From the NCBI RefSeq assembly GCF_009914755.1, contig NC_060928.1: a stretch of DNA of 64,000 nucleotides; one strand, 5' to 3'. The DNA is from the human T2T-CHM13v2.0 reference genome, Homo sapiens. Shown in pieces: positions 30,791 through 45,735 of this stretch. Made by a program: the position numbers and the translations under genes. Position 1 is the first letter of the stretch. Each line of letters opens with the position of its first letter. Below the pieces are notes generated by a model that was given only the letters and a program-made list of their open reading frames with translations, was not told where the DNA came from and made no database searches.

Positions 30791-31629
30791 CTTATTTAGA
30801 GATAAATCCAGTCATTGAGGCCAATTATAATTAAGTAGTCTCATTATTGATTTAAGGCTCTAGGAGATTGAAGAACTTTCTATTTTTTTTTTTTTAAAAT
30901 AGCAATTTACATTGGGAAATAAATCACCCAAATTCACTTTATCTGTTAATTTTATATGGCTCTTAGAACAAACAGCAAAATTAACTGGTTTGGCTTTTAA
31001 CCTCTTCCTCTTCAGTGATTTGTGGACATTTGAGCATTAAGATATCCTGAGCAGTAAAATAGCCAGAGGCTCAGGAAGAACACCACGGTTTTCAGATTAT
31101 CTCAAGCTTTTCCTCAGAAGCCAAACAAACACCACAAAACACCCTGAAAACCAAAAGCAGGCATTCTTCCTCCTGGGATTTAGTACCTGCTGCTACAGCT
31201 GCTCTGAGGTGGAGAGGCAGAGGGCAGCAGCGAGACACAACATTAGGCCTTTTCTGATGTTTCCCATCTCTGCAGCAGAGGAATGAAAAGGAATCTTGCA
31301 AAAAGCAACGGCCCACTTTTGCCTTGAGTTTGAGTCTCTTTTTGATTTATTGTAGTAAAATTTTGCTAGTACTTAAACCTGAGCTACATGAGTGATGAGC
31401 TTGAAAATTTATTTAGCTGTCCCATCCTTTCCAGCTTACTTTAATACTTACCTATGCCTGGGCACACACATGTTAGATGGATTTTAGTTGTAATTTTGGG
31501 GTATTTCTTACAGGGAAGGTATTAGAGGAAAAAATACTAGAAATATGGTTCCTGTTCTTAAAGATGAGCTTCAATCTAAATTCAAGACAGAGATTTTACT
31601 CTACTTTCATGTTAACCAGTTATCCTGCA

Positions 31630-31940
31630 TAGTTCCACGGATACTAGTAGAAGACACAAGACTCCTGGATCTTTGACACAGGACAGTTTATTACTGTCAG
31701 TAGCTAGAGCAGTGCATTTTGTGCTCATTCCCTGAGCCCTGATTCCTCAGGGCACTGCAAAGATGGCCAGGTGATACTTATGGATGATACAGTTGGTTGT
31801 GTTATAGGAGGAAAAACTCTGAATGCAGAAAACTCAGATCTTTTATAATGGCCAGCAAGGAAGCCTTTTGCTCTAGGAGACACCATCTCTATTTGCTAAG
31901 GCTGCAAGCAACCCTGCTCTTTGCTCCAGAGGGTAGATAT
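31630..31940. mobile_element. Degenerate ERVL-class LTR relic (MER76-like, uncertain)
   Basis: aagacacaagactcctggatc...tcttttataatggccagcaag...ctttgctccagaggg resembles recalled LTR text. Confidence 0.4.
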
Positions 31941-32049
31941 TGGAACAGAGGGTGCTTCCACCATGCTGGGGTGGTGTTGGTAGTGGTGAGTGGGTGGTAT
32001 GATGTGGGGAGATGTTTGTGAGCAGTTGTATCCAGAGGGTGGCAGATCC

Positions 32050-32800
32050 CAGGTGCTGTGCTGCATTGTCTGCCTTAACTCTTTCTGTAGGCTGTGGTGA
32101 GCTATTGACAGATTTGGATGGGAGTGTGTCTTGAGATCTTTGACAGAGAATAGAATTGGTGGGAATAGAATGGGGGTAAGATGGAAGGCAGGGCGGTTGC
32201 TTGAATTTGGGGAGTAATTCAGATAAGAAATGATGGAGGTTTAAACTAGAATATTTGCAGTGGAAAGAAGGGATGGATAGGAAGAGAGACTTCGCAGACA
32301 AACAGAATTTGATGACCTGCTGGATATTGGAAGTCAGGGAGAGGGGAAAGTGAAAACGAACTCTAAGCCTCCCAGACCAGGTGGATGAGACCTTTAGCCA
32401 AGGCAGAATGCAAGATGAGCAGTAGGTTTGGGAGGGATAGAGACTGGTTTTAGATATTCTGAATGCAAGTGGCATGTTATAAGAAATAGAATGAAAGCAA
32501 GAGGAGAGATGGCAGGAATTATTTTTAAAGAGGTAAGGTTTTGAGTGTCTAAGTCAAGATGATAGTGGAGAAAAGGACAGAATCTTTGTGAATGCTTCTA
32601 TTTTGATGATGAGAGGAAGAAGAATAATGGAGACATAAGACAGAGGGATAGGAGGCGAAGGAAGAAGGATGGTTGTAAGGGAATCCATAAGAGGGGAGAT
32701 TCCAAGAAGGAAGAAGTCAGCTGTGCCAAATACTCTAGAAAGGTCAGGTTGGTGGAGGAACAAGAAACAACCATTGGGTTTAGTGGCTGGAAAGTCAAAC
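32050..32800 (-). mobile_element. L2 relic
   Basis: Purine-rich antisense L2 text; the minus-strand ORF contains PLSLTSNIQQVIKFC, resembling L2 ORF2 SLSLTPHIQSITKSC. Confidence 0.65.
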
Positions 32801-34759
32801 TAGATAATAGCGAGGTTGTACTTGTTTTTTTCTTAGGTGTTATTTTCTCATAAGAACCATGTGAGACAGGTGGTATTATCCCCATTCGCATGAGCCCCTG
32901 AAGTGAAGAAACGTGATTTGATTTGTCTAAGTCTCAGAGGTAGAGAGCAGTATACTACAACTTGCTTCCAAGACTGTGTTTTAAATACCCACGCTCTTAA
33001 CCACAGTGAGCATGAGGAGATGGAGACACTATAGTCTGACCTTTTTTTGAGGATGTTGGAGAGATGAAGGAAAGAAAAACAGAAGACAAGCTGTTAAATA
33101 ACAAAGTTTAAAAGTTTGAGAGTACTGTAGGAAAGGGAAGTTGGGAGGGAAGATTTAAGTATCACCCACTGAAAGTGTTCATCTAGATTCAGGATTAAGC
33201 CATTCTAAAGTTAGACCTGCCTTTTTTCCATAACAACTGCTTCATGGATTCTGAAGGTGCATCCTTGGCCCAAGAGAGATGCACTGTCTTTGCTGAGGAT
33301 TGCTGCAACACCTCGTGAGGTCTCTTCATAGCAGGCAAGATGTCAATACAGAATCTGCATATGACAATATATTAAAAATTTTAACGTATTGCATTTTATG
33401 TTTTTGGAGTATATCACACTCTCTCACACAGTCTCCATAAAACTCGGTAGCTGAGCAGATATATATTAATAGGCTCAGTTGCACATGTGGTATCAGAGGC
33501 CAGAACAAGGTAGGATAAACCTGTCACAGGTCACACAACTAGGCAAAGCTGGGGTTTGGAGCCTAGTCTCCCGACTCTAAGCCAGACTTATCCTATGGCA
33601 GCAGAAACAGGGTGAGAGGAAGAGTTGGTGGACAGTGCAACTTATTGGTGATAGGGGAGCTTGATCCTAAGGGAAGGCGCAGAGGCTGTGAGATACTCCT
33701 TTTGCCAAGGTTCATGCTGTGAGGAAAAACTGAAGGGCACATTGAGTGAGTCACAGCCAGTGCCTGTATTAGATACTGGGATCGGGAGACCTCTGGGAGA
33801 GTGTGGGGCCCCAAAGGTTACTAATGAAATCGGAAACTCCCTGTTACTCCGTCGCTTTCCTCTAGGCCCTGTCTCGGCACTTTGCCAGTAGCTTGGGTAG
33901 AAAGAATAGCAACAAGTCTAGGGCATCTGGTCTGAAGCTAAAATGCTTTCTCTTGTGTTGCCTAGAAACTGAAAACGAGGCCAGCCACCTGTAGTATACA
34001 GTCCATTTTGACCATAATACAGAGGTTACAGCTAGTAAACTTTCTACCTTTCGTATTTGAGACTTGGATTCGGGAGGATGAGACTTAGCATCAAGTCTTA
34101 GGTGTATCTTTAGAAGCCTAAAATTGTCAGTACTTCCAAAAATACGGGTTTAGACCCAGAAGTGAGTATTTGCTTTGCACTTTTTAAAATATTTCTCACT
34201 TTTCTCCTGGGATGGGACAGTAGTGAGTGGATGTGACAGACAACCCCAGTGGGCACAGCCACCCTTACGTGCCAAACTGTCTGGTTTCTGTGTTGAGTCT
34301 CTGGTTTGTTTGGGAGTGGGAAGACTGTGGGAATGAGATCCTAAGACCTTTCCTGAAAGTGCCTGCTGGTGGGGAGGCTAATCATCACAATACAGAAATG
34401 CGTTTACACAAAGAGTAGGAGAAGGCGAACATGCCAGTGAAAGCAAGACTTATATAGGAAAGGGAAAAACAGATTAGTTGGTGGCAAATAATAGCTGTCT
34501 GTAATGTTTTTCTATCTGCTGTTCAAATAATTATCATCCGGGGAAGAACTTACAAATGTTATTGGTGAGCAGGAATTGTATATTTTCCATGAGTCATTCT
34601 CGTTAAATAAATTTTGACTCTCTTCCCAGCATGTGCTTTATTTTATGAAAATGGGCTTATAGATTAAAGGCCTTGGTTAGGACATTTATATGTATCGTGC
34701 CTGGCTATTTTGAAATTAATTTTGAGTTTTATACTACAATTAAAGCTTGTAATGATTGC

Positions 34760-34925
34760 TTGGTATGTGTGAAGCTCATGCACTTGCTTTGTAAACATTA
34801 TCTCCTTTAATGTTCACAGCAACCCAGTTCCCATCATTAACCCCATTTTCAGATGAAGAAGCTGAGCACAGAGAGGCTGAATAACTTGCTAGGTCACATA
34901 GCTAGAAGGTGGCAGAGTTGGAAGT
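34760..34925 (-). mobile_element. MIR
   Basis: ccccattttcagatgaagaagctgagcacagagaggctgaataacttgctaggtcacatagctag. Confidence 0.8.
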
Positions 34926-37571
34926 TTTCAGGATGTCAGTAACCTTAACTTGTAATAATTTATATTTTGTAACCTTAACACATTTGTATTTCCAAGATAT
35001 GTTTGTTTTTTATTTAAATGGAGGTACCAAGGTCCAGAAAGTTTAAAATGTTATTCAGTATTATGTTGAATCTCATCTTTGTACAGCTCTACTTTATCTG
35101 CTGCCTCAATGCTTAGGAATTATCCCTTACCCTGCTGCTTGGCAGTATTTAATGCACTGTAAGTGTTACAAATAATGCATTCTTTTCCCAAAGCTTTAGA
35201 ATTATGTAAATACCGTATCTTAAATTTATGATGGTGAATATGTCCCTTTGATGGAATAGAGAGAATCATTCTTCTGTCTGCTTATATTTAAAACCATTTT
35301 AATATAAATACACATTTTTGACAGAATGTTATAATGTTATGAATTGCTGAGTATCTTGGAAGAGTATCTTTGTGTATGAACCTGTTTATTTTTATGTAAC
35401 CCAGTGCAGCAGATAGCCTAGAAAGTGCTTACTATACTTAAACAGACATTTAAACATTAGTGCTTACTGAGGACTAGTTATAAATATATGTAAGGAACAC
35501 ATTATCACATTTTTGTAATCCACCTATGATCTGAAACAATATTCATGAGTCTCTTCATTGCTTTTCTTAATATTACCTTCATAATACATCATTCTTAGCC
35601 AGATTGCTAGGTATTTCCTCACAAGTTTTTCTAATTATTTCATGAAGAGTGCGTTTTTCCTTCATTTTCAAGAATATTTCAAGATTAGCTAATGTTAGTA
35701 ATTATATATGAAAATATATACATATAAGGCATCTAAAATAATGATTAATATTTTTATGTGCATAAAAGCATGTTTGTTTGTTGTATAACCCATAGAGAAA
35801 TCTGTCTTTACAGTGCTAGAGGGATATGCAAACCTATATTTGCATTTGTGCATACACATGTGTGTATATATATGCACATGTGCCTCATTAATGATGAAAT
35901 GTTAGACTTTTGATGTAAATCCTGTGAATGCCAGTATGAACATTAATGACCTTTTGCCCCTGTTGTCAACACACGTGAGTGCAAATAAATGATTCAGTCC
36001 CTCCACAAATATTGATGAAGCATCTCATTCCATGCCAGGCAATCTGCTGGTTACTAGATGAGAGCTGAATGTTAGTTTACAGAACCATGGAATTTGAGAA
36101 TGTATTTCTGTAGAATCATACGGCTGCAAAATCCTTTTTAATCATTTCATGCCTGTTACCATCAAAGGTGTTTATCTTTCACTTTGAGCCCTTCTCCTTT
36201 GTTGTTGTATCTTTTCCTGTCATGTATTTTATTTCCGTATTTCCCTTACTGATTAATCATCAATATATTAATTGTTCATTTATTTTTCAATTCATTTGTT
36301 AAATGTATACCATAGGCTAAGGACAAGTTGAGGTATTAAGAATATGGAGCTATCGGGTATAAAAACTGCCCCTGAAGCTGAAAAGATAAGAAAGAACTTC
36401 TTGGCCTATTTAGTTTCAAGTTACTCTCTTTTAATTTTAATTGTCTGTTTAATTTTACCCTGTGTCTTCACTTGATTCCACCTCACTGCCTAAAATATAA
36501 GTACTCAACAATTCCTGTGAAATTAACAGGAAATTAAATGTTATGTAATTTCTAGCCTATCTTCTCATTTATTTCCAATTTTTCCTCCCTTTTATTTTGT
36601 ATTCTCCCTGTTTACCATTTCTATTTTTTAAAAATTACCTGTCTTTTCTCTTCTGCTTCCTTTATTCTAATGGTACTTTGTTTTCAAATTCATCACATTT
36701 ATTTGCCAGCTGTAGCTACTCTAGCCTTTATCTCTACCTCTCTTGTTTACCTGCATTTATCAGCCCTCTTAAGTTTTATTTTTCTTTTGCATCTGATTTT
36801 TTAACTATCCCAGAACATCTTATTTTCTGTGTTGCTTCTCCAGCCCACCTACAGGGACAGTGGATGCCTGCTAGTGCTCAGTAGTTCCATGCAGGTGTTT
36901 TCTGGAGCTGTGTGGTCTCTGGCTCTGGTAACACCATTTGGGTTTGAGAGGGAAACAGCTGAGCAGAGATGATGATGAAACTTGACTGCTTCCCACTTTT
37001 TGACCCTCTCCTCTAGGAAGATGTGGGTGATGTGAGTAGTGCTCTATGACAGTGTTGTGGGAGATTGGAGGAGACAGATGGTAGGAAGTAAGACACATTT
37101 GATTTTACCTTATCCATTTTGCCCAGAGACAGCTGTCATCAGCTGCTCATCACTCTAATGGAGATAAGCTTACCTTTTGTTTGCTAACTATCAGAACGAA
37201 TCTCAATCTAATTTATTAAGAGAGAAAAAAAAAAAAACTTGGGGCCTGTAAACACATTGACCAGGTTACAAATTTTTGTTAAAAGTTAGACAATATTGAT
37301 ATCAATATCATCACTGAGCATTTATATCTGAAAAATCACAATAATTTGGATATTTTAACTTTAATTTTTCAGTTCTAAATTGTGATGTCCATTTTGGCCC
37401 AAGTCTATATCTATAGTTCTATATCAAATTCAAGTCAGATCAACCTAGCTATACCTATTCTGTGCCCACCTATTCTATACAAGGCACCATAAAAGCTATT
37501 AAAAGCAAAAACCAAGGTTGACCAAGTATCTTTCCAGGCAATACCTCTGTATTTGGAGAGAAGGTGGAATA

Positions 37572-38900
37572 CAGGTTCACGATTCTTCATCTGAAAATTC
37601 CAAGGCTAGGTGTGTTTTGGAATTCAGACCTTTTTAATTAAAAAAGATAATAGATCATTCAGAACATAGGCACAGGCAAAGATTTCATGACGAAGATGCC
37701 AAAAGCAATTGCAACAAAAGCAAAAATTGACAAATGGGATCTTATTAAACTAAAGAGCTTCTGCACAGCAAAAGAAACTATCACCAGAGCAAACAGACAT
37801 CCTACAGAACGGGAGAAAATTTTTGCAATCTATCCATCTGACAAAGGTGTAATATCCAGAATCTATAAGGAACTTTAAATGAGAAAAACAACCTCATTGA
37901 AAAGTGGGCAAAGGACATGAACAGACACTTCTCAAGACAAGACATACATGTGACCAACAAACATATGAAAAAAAAGTTCAACATCATTAATCATTAGAGA
38001 AATGCAAGTCAAAACCACAATGAGATACCATCTCAAGCCAGTCAGAATGGCTATTATTAAAAAGTCAAAAAACAGATGCTGGTGAGATTGTGGAGAAAAA
38101 GGAACACACTATCGGTGGGAGTGTGAATTAGTTCAGCCATTGTGGAAGACAGTGGCGATTCCTTAAAGACCTAGAGGCAGAAATACCATTTGACCCAGCA
38201 ATTCCATTACTGGGTATATACCCAAAGGAATGTAAATTGTTTTATTATAAAGACGCATGCATATGTTCACTACATTACTTTTCACAATTGCAAAGACATG
38301 GAATCAACCCAAATGCCCATCAATGATAGACTGGATAAAGAAAATGCCGTACATGTAATATACCATGGAATACTATGCAGCCATAAAAAGGAATGAGATC
38401 ATGTTCTTTGCAGGGACATGGATGGAGCTGGAGCCCATTTTTCTTAGCAAAGTAATGCAGAAACAGAAAACCAAATATCTCATGTTTTCACTTACAAGTG
38501 GGAGCTAAATAATAACACATGGACACATGGGGGGAACAACACACACTGGGACCTGTCAGAAGGCGGGGGTGGGAGGAGGGAGAGGCTCAGGAAGAATAGC
38601 TAATGGATGCTGGGCTTAATACCTGAGTAATGGGATGATCTGTGCAGCAAACCACTATGGCACACGTTTACTTATGTAACCTGTACATCCTGCACATGTA
38701 CCTCTGAACTTAAAAGTTGGAGATAAAAAATGGAAAAAACAATAAAAAGGTAATATGGGACATACACTGAATAGAATATTACATCTCCAGGCAGGTTTGG
38801 TGTGGAAATTACTTTTAACATGTGAAATATGAACATTCAGTCTGAGTGGAAAAAATACTTAAATAACCTGATTTCAGGTCATGCATTTATACTTTTTCAG
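37572..38900. mobile_element. MER46C-like Tigger relic, split by an L1PA insertion
   Basis: caggttcacgattcttcatctgaaa...tgtgttttggaattcag, resuming at aaaggtaatat...gaacattcagtctgagtgg. Confidence 0.6.
37653..38744 (+). mobile_element. 5'-truncated L1PA (mid-age, about PA10-13), ORF2 end and 3'UTR, sense to the gene
   Basis: ORF 37687-37878 [30 protein letters not shown] is L1 ORF2; TSD aaaaag(a/g)taata at 37641-37652 and 38745-38756. Confidence 0.9.
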
Positions 38901-38904
38901 CTTC

Positions 38905-40400
38905 AGGATTTCTTTTTGATTTTTAAAAATTATTTCAATCTCTCTGTTAAATTTCCCCAATAAATTTCTGAATTGATTTTCTGTATTTTCTTGAAGTTTG
39001 TTGAGAAGGAAGCTCATCTTCTTTAAATTTCTTTGAGAGATTGCATGTCTTCATCACTTTAGGGTTGGTCTCTGGTGCCTTATATTGCCTGTTAGGTGAG
39101 GCCATATTTCCCTGAATGTTCTTTTAAAAATTGTTTATTTTTTTAGGGACAAGGTTTTGCTATGTTGCCCAGGATGGAGCCCAGAGACTATTCACAGGTG
39201 CAGTCATAGCACACTATGGCCTTGAACTCCTATACTCAAGCAGTCCTTCTCCCTCAGCCTCCCAAGTAGCTGGGATTACAGGCACTCGCCACTGTGCCAG
39301 TCCCTGAATGCTCTCGATGCTTGTGACAGTGTCTGTGCATTGAGGGATTAGCTGTTTATTTTCATCTACCCAGTCTGGCTTTGTGCCTGTTCTTCAGAGG
39401 GCCTTCCAGGATTCTAAGATGACTGACTCTTGGGTTTCCTGAGCCTGTGACCACTGTAGCTGTCTCAGCACTAGAGGATGCTCTAAGCCCAGGCTTGCCA
39501 CGAGTCTCTTCAGGACTCAGAAGTTGACGTGGCTTTCTGCCCCAGATGGACCTGGGGAAGACCCAAAAAAGATACTGGGACTGTGTGGGAATACTGGCCA
39601 AGACCTGAGTCCAGAAGACTGTTCTGGTGGCCCAGATGGATGTGTCTCCCAGCAGGTCTCTGCATGGGTGGGATGAATTTCTGACTATAGCAGAATGGGC
39701 TGGAGTTGATATGAGGCCCTCTTGGTATCTGCTGTGGGGCAGAGGCTGGAGAGCCAGGCTCTTTGGGTGTATGTCTCATAGTAGGTCTCAACATGAGATT
39801 GTTCCCTGATTGCAGTGGGAGGGGCGGGAGCTGAGCCTGGGTCCCCTTAGGATCTGTTGTGGGGCAGAGGTTGGCAAGCCCATCTGGAAGCCTCAGGCTC
39901 CCAGGCTGCGAGACATGGGTGAGTTTCCCTCTGGGTCCCTGTGCAAGCAGCTCTGAGTTGGGACCTTGGCTGAGGGGCCCTGGAGCCAAGCCACAGGGCA
40001 AGTCTCAGGTTCACTGCTGAGACCACTGTTAGTATGCAGACGAACCTTTCTGCCAAAGCACCAGTGTGCAAGATTCCTTTTGGACCCCTTGGCAGATAGT
40101 TTCAACTGCAGGCTCGAGGCCAAAGAGGGCTGTAGCTAAGTCCCTTGGAGGACTGGACCATTGTCAAGCTTGAATCTAGGAGCAAGCTTGTGGCACATCA
40201 GCCACCTGGATGTTGGTCTGCACTCTCAAAGTGACCCTCCCAGGTCTTGGGCTCCACCAAGGTTTCACAAACTTTTACCTGAATCCTGAGATTCCCACAG
40301 AGAGACTTTGATGGTGGATGGATGCAGAATTCTTACTGTCATATGGGGATATGAGCAGGTTACTTTCTGTGCCACCATCTTGGTGATGCCACTCCTCTAT
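38905..40400 (-). mobile_element. L1M-type 5' end (GC-richer 5'UTR and ORF1 start)
   Basis: Antisense ORF1-like text (tctctgttaaatttccccaataaatttctgaattg); terminates at gccaccatcttgg, the reverse complement of the caagatggYgg L1 start motif. Confidence 0.6.
39131..39300 (-). mobile_element. FAM (fossil Alu monomer)
   Basis: Retains the 7SL-like ctattcacaggtgcagtcatagcacactatggcc segment; TSD tccctgaatg(t/c)tct. Confidence 0.75.
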
Positions 40401-40463
40401 CCGTTAACGCTTTTGATTTTGGGAGTTGTGACTAAGATTGTGGACTTGTTTTAAGATGTACCC

Positions 40464-40754
40464 TGGTGGGTGCAGTGGCTCTTGCCTGTAATCCCAGCAC
40501 TTTGGGATGCCCTGAGGCAGTAGGACCACTTGCACCAGGAGTTTGAGACCAGCCCAGGCAACATAGTGAGACCCGCTCTCTACAAAAAATAGATTCAGCC
40601 TAGTGTGGTAGCATGTGCTTGTAGTCCCAGCTAGTCGAGGGGCTGACATGGGAGGATGGCTTGATCCAAGGAGGTCAAGGCTGCAGAGAGCTGTTATCAC
40701 ACCACTGCATTCCACCTGGGTGACAGAATGAGACCCTGCCTTAAAAATAAAAAA
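40464..40754 (+). mobile_element. AluJ
   Basis: Dimer with J-type gaggtcaaggctgcag. Confidence 0.85.
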
Positions 40755-42229
40755 TTTTAAATGTAATCAAGTGTTAAATTAAAAGGAATCAATTATGAGT
40801 TATGTTTAGAAGAAGAGAGTATCACTGTGGGCTGGTGTCAAAAAGGGGATTTTTATCCGGTTTTGAAGGTTTAGATGGGAATTTTACTCACTGTCGAATC
40901 TTGGGCAACCAGAATAGCACCTGGCACATATCTGATGAATAAATATATGACAGTTGAATAAATCTGTGAAGAGAAGGGGAAGAGCATTCCTGCTGGGGAG
41001 ACTTCAGCCTGAATGTAGCCGCAGAGGATGCAATGAACTTGGTTATTTGTGGGTGATGGTCGAGCCGTCTGTTGTGATTAAGTTGAATACACTGCAGTCC
41101 CTGTAGGAAGATGAGGTGAGGCCCGTCATGGATGTGTGCGTGTGTGTGCCTTACATACTTGTTAAGGCTAGAGGATGTGGGCTGGATCTGAAGGCTGGCT
41201 CTTAAATGGGGATCCAGGGGACATTAGATAATAATAGTGGTTTGAAAATAAAAAGATAGAAGACAGTGTTCAGAATGGATTATAGTTGTGTGTTTCTTTT
41301 TAGGGATTCCGTAATAAATGTGTGTGCATGAAATTCAGGACTGTGTTGAAGAGGCAGACATTAGTCTGAAGTTTGAAGAAAGAGTGGACATTGACTTGTT
41401 GCATTTGGAAAGTGACAGGGAAGAAGTCAAAGATTTCAAATTTCTAATACTTGTTGATCAGAAATAGTGATCCCTTTGGTTGACAGGGAAATTTGGAAAA
41501 GAAGCTGGAAAAGGACATCATAAACTCACTAATATGCCTTGGCATATTGGTTGGTTTATATCCTTAAGATGTATTTGATGCCTTTTATATGAACATATAT
41601 GTGTTCATAGATAAAAAGTATGTTCCAGCTCTCATTTAGTTCAGAGCCTTTGAGAACAGTGTAGCAAGAAATAGAAAATCGAACAAGACTTGAGTGTATG
41701 TATTTTACGTGAGATTTCCAAGCTGCTTTTGTGCAAGGTTTATTTAAATTTCATTTAAAAATGTAGAAACTGTGTTGAGTAGCTTTAATTCCCCCTTGCA
41801 CCTCTCAGTATGCATTAGCAATTACTTCTCTCAGGTTGATGAATTTGAACTTGATCAATTATTTGATAGTAATTACTGGCACAGAGTGATTATTATTGCC
41901 GAAGTGACATTCTTATTTCATCTCTCCATATAATTCAGGCCGTTTTCACAGAGGCATGTTTGCTTGAATGCAGAGTATGATTTGCTCTTTTGGCTTCTAC
42001 CACTGAGGTCAAACTTTTTAAGCTTTCTTAGCTAGAGTAGTACTGAAACCCTCTGGTATTTTAAACTATCTGGATGTGCCCTTCTGGCTTCCAAAAAGAA
42101 GGAAGGATTGAGGCTCAATCTTTTTTCCTGTATCGGGCTCAAAAGGTCTCTGATTTTTGTGTTTCTTAGCAACTTTCTTTTCTTTTTTCCAACTCCTGGC
42201 AGGGCTGTGCGGCCTCCTTTTCCTCTCTT

Positions 42230-42539
<310 letters not shown>

Positions 42540-42688
42540 CTTTTCCTCTCTTATAGTTGCTGAATGTTCGCCCTCAGGAAGGTGTGTCTCTGATGCTGTG
42601 ACTCCTTAGTGTTCTGAGTAGACTTAGGTAGACTAAGGGCTAGCCTTTGCTCTTCTGGTTCTTTAAGCTCTAATGAGATGGAGAGTAA

Positions 42689-43397
42689 TTATTAGCTTGC
42701 TTGGGCTGCCATAATAAAGTATCACAGGCTGGGTGACTTAAATCAGGGGTCCCCAATCCCCAGACCATGGCCTATTAGGAACCAGGCCTCACAGCAGGCG
42801 GTGAGCAGTGGGCAAGCCTTATGGCCTCAGCTCCGCCTCCTGTCAGATCAGTGGCGACAGTAGATTGTTATAGGAGTGCAAACCCTATTGTGAACTGCAC
42901 ATGTGAGTGATCTAGGTTTTGTACTCCTTATGAGAATCTAATAATAAATGTAATGCTCTTGAATCATTCTGAAACCATCCCCCCCACCCCAATCGGTGGA
43001 AAAATTGTCTTCCATGAAACCAGCCCCTGGTGCCAAAAAGGTTGGGGACGGGGGCTGCTGAATAAACAATAGAAATCAATTTTCTCACAATTCTGGGGGC
43101 TACAAGTCCAATATTAAGCTATCAGCAGGGTTAATTTCTTCTGAGGCCTCTCTCTGGCATGGGGATAGCTGTCTTCTCCCTGTGTCTTCTCATGGTCCCC
43201 CTCTGTACATGTCTGTGTCTTCATCTCTTCTTACAAGGCCTCCAGTCATGGTGGATTTGTGCCCACCCTGGTGACCTCATTTTAATTTAATTACTTTTTT
43301 TTTCAAGACCTTATTTCTAAATACAGTCACATTTGGAAGTACTGAGGATTAGGACGTCAACAGATGAATTTGTGGGGATACAATTCAGCCTATAACA
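42689..43397 (-). mobile_element. MLT1-family LTR, split by MER1B
   Basis: gggctgccataataaagtatcacaggctgggtgacttaaa ... atagaaatcaattttctcacaattctgg ... caattcagcctataaca. Confidence 0.8.
42744..43060. mobile_element. MER1B hAT-Charlie DNA transposon
   Basis: TIRs caggggtccccaa / ttggggac...ctg; internal ctccgcctcctgtcagatcag and ccttatgagaatctaat. Confidence 0.85.
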
Positions 43398-43453
43398 GAA
43401 GGAAAAATAGGACATTTGTAAAACTTAAAAAATAAGGAATAAAAAGCAAAGAG

Positions 43454-44287
<834 letters not shown>

Positions 44288-45735
44288 TAGTATATGTAAC
44301 TATAATTTTTAAAAAAAGCAAAGAGAAAAAGAAGGAACAAAACTTGACAAGGAAGAATGAATGCTTTTGTGTGTGTGCTGTGAGTTACAATCTGTAGGAC
44401 ATGTGTTAGTATCATCTCATTTCCCTCCCAGCATAACATAGGGTATAGGATGCAGTCCTTGATCTCAGATACAGCATAGAGACTCCGAGAGGTTTCCTCT
44501 CTTCCTCATGAGTGACTGAACTGACTTGAATCCAATTCTTTAGACTCTGACTAGTATTCTTTTCATCACTCCGAGCAGGGAGGTGAAAAGAAAGTAAACC
44601 CTCGTGGTCAAATTCCATGGCCTTTTGTTGTGTTATTCTGTTTTGGAAACTTTGGGGATTAGAGGCATCATCTGCCTGTCAGCCAGTTGTGTTCTTGTTA
44701 CCTTTAACATTCGTAGCGGAGAAAATAAACACACAGCCAGAAAGCTGCAACTCATTTGAGAAGTAAATATAAGTCACATTTTTTGGAAGTCATTATTATG
44801 AAAATTTTCAAGCATAAAAAAGTAGAGAGATTGGTATAATGAATTCCCATATTCTCATCCAGATTCAATAATTATCAAGATTTTGCCACAGTTGTTTCAT
44901 CTATCCCTTTTTCCCTCTTAAAGCAAATGTAAGGTTACTTTTAACCCTTTCAGGATGCAACTTTAAACAAATGGAGATTTTCTTACCCTTAATGCTACTC
45001 AGTTTGCTAATTGCATCAAAAATGTCTTTTCGTCATTGATTTGTTCAGATCAGAATGCAAATGATAAGGATATTTGTTCAGCATACCAAATTAGGTTTGA
45101 CAATACATTTTCTTTTATATGTCTCTTGTTTTCAGGGACAATTTGTTTTCAGATCTCTGTAGAGAGAGAGGATGCATTGATTTGGTTCATTTTGCAGTAT
45201 ACTTTGTGGTGATATTGATTTGAAGTTTCACAGCTCCTCACTGGACAGGACATGTAACAACTTTAAAAAAAATTACAGTTTTGCTTTAGTTTTGAATGAA
45301 TTTCTATGGTTTTCAAAAATCATCCAAACAATGATTTCTATGTACTAATCATCACCGTATTTTTAAAAGGCTAAAACTTTTGAAGAAAAATGTAAACAAG
45401 TAAATACAGTAAACATAAAAGTTTTAGTGCATCTTTACAAATTGGATTGGTATTCATTTCAATGTATCCATGATACTTAACTAACTTACTAACATTGAGG
45501 CATTTCATTTTTGTCCACATGGAACATTGTTTGCTGAGATTATTTTTTTAACCACAACTTACAGATAAAAAGCTAGTAAAACAAGTTGTTAAACACTTGA
45601 TTTTTTCAAAGGTTATTTTTATAGTTAACAGGAATGCTGCTAATGTTAGTTAGCAAAGATTTTGAATGCAACTGTTTGATGGCTTTTAAAATATGATAGT
45701 CTTCTATTTTGCTAATAGTTTGTTTCTTCCCATAG

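Noticed and set aside
31873-32475. 200-aa minus-strand ORF
   Set aside because: Overlaps a decayed L2. Only a short stretch resembles L2 ORF2 before drifting out of frame.
37293-37308. Perfect 16-bp palindrome atattgatatcaatat
   Set aside because: AT-rich; about one palindrome of this size is expected by chance in 64 kb.
39362-40123. Cluster of ORFs in a GC-richer block
   Set aside because: Explained by an old L1 5'UTR. It is CpG-poor and not a CpG island or coding exon.
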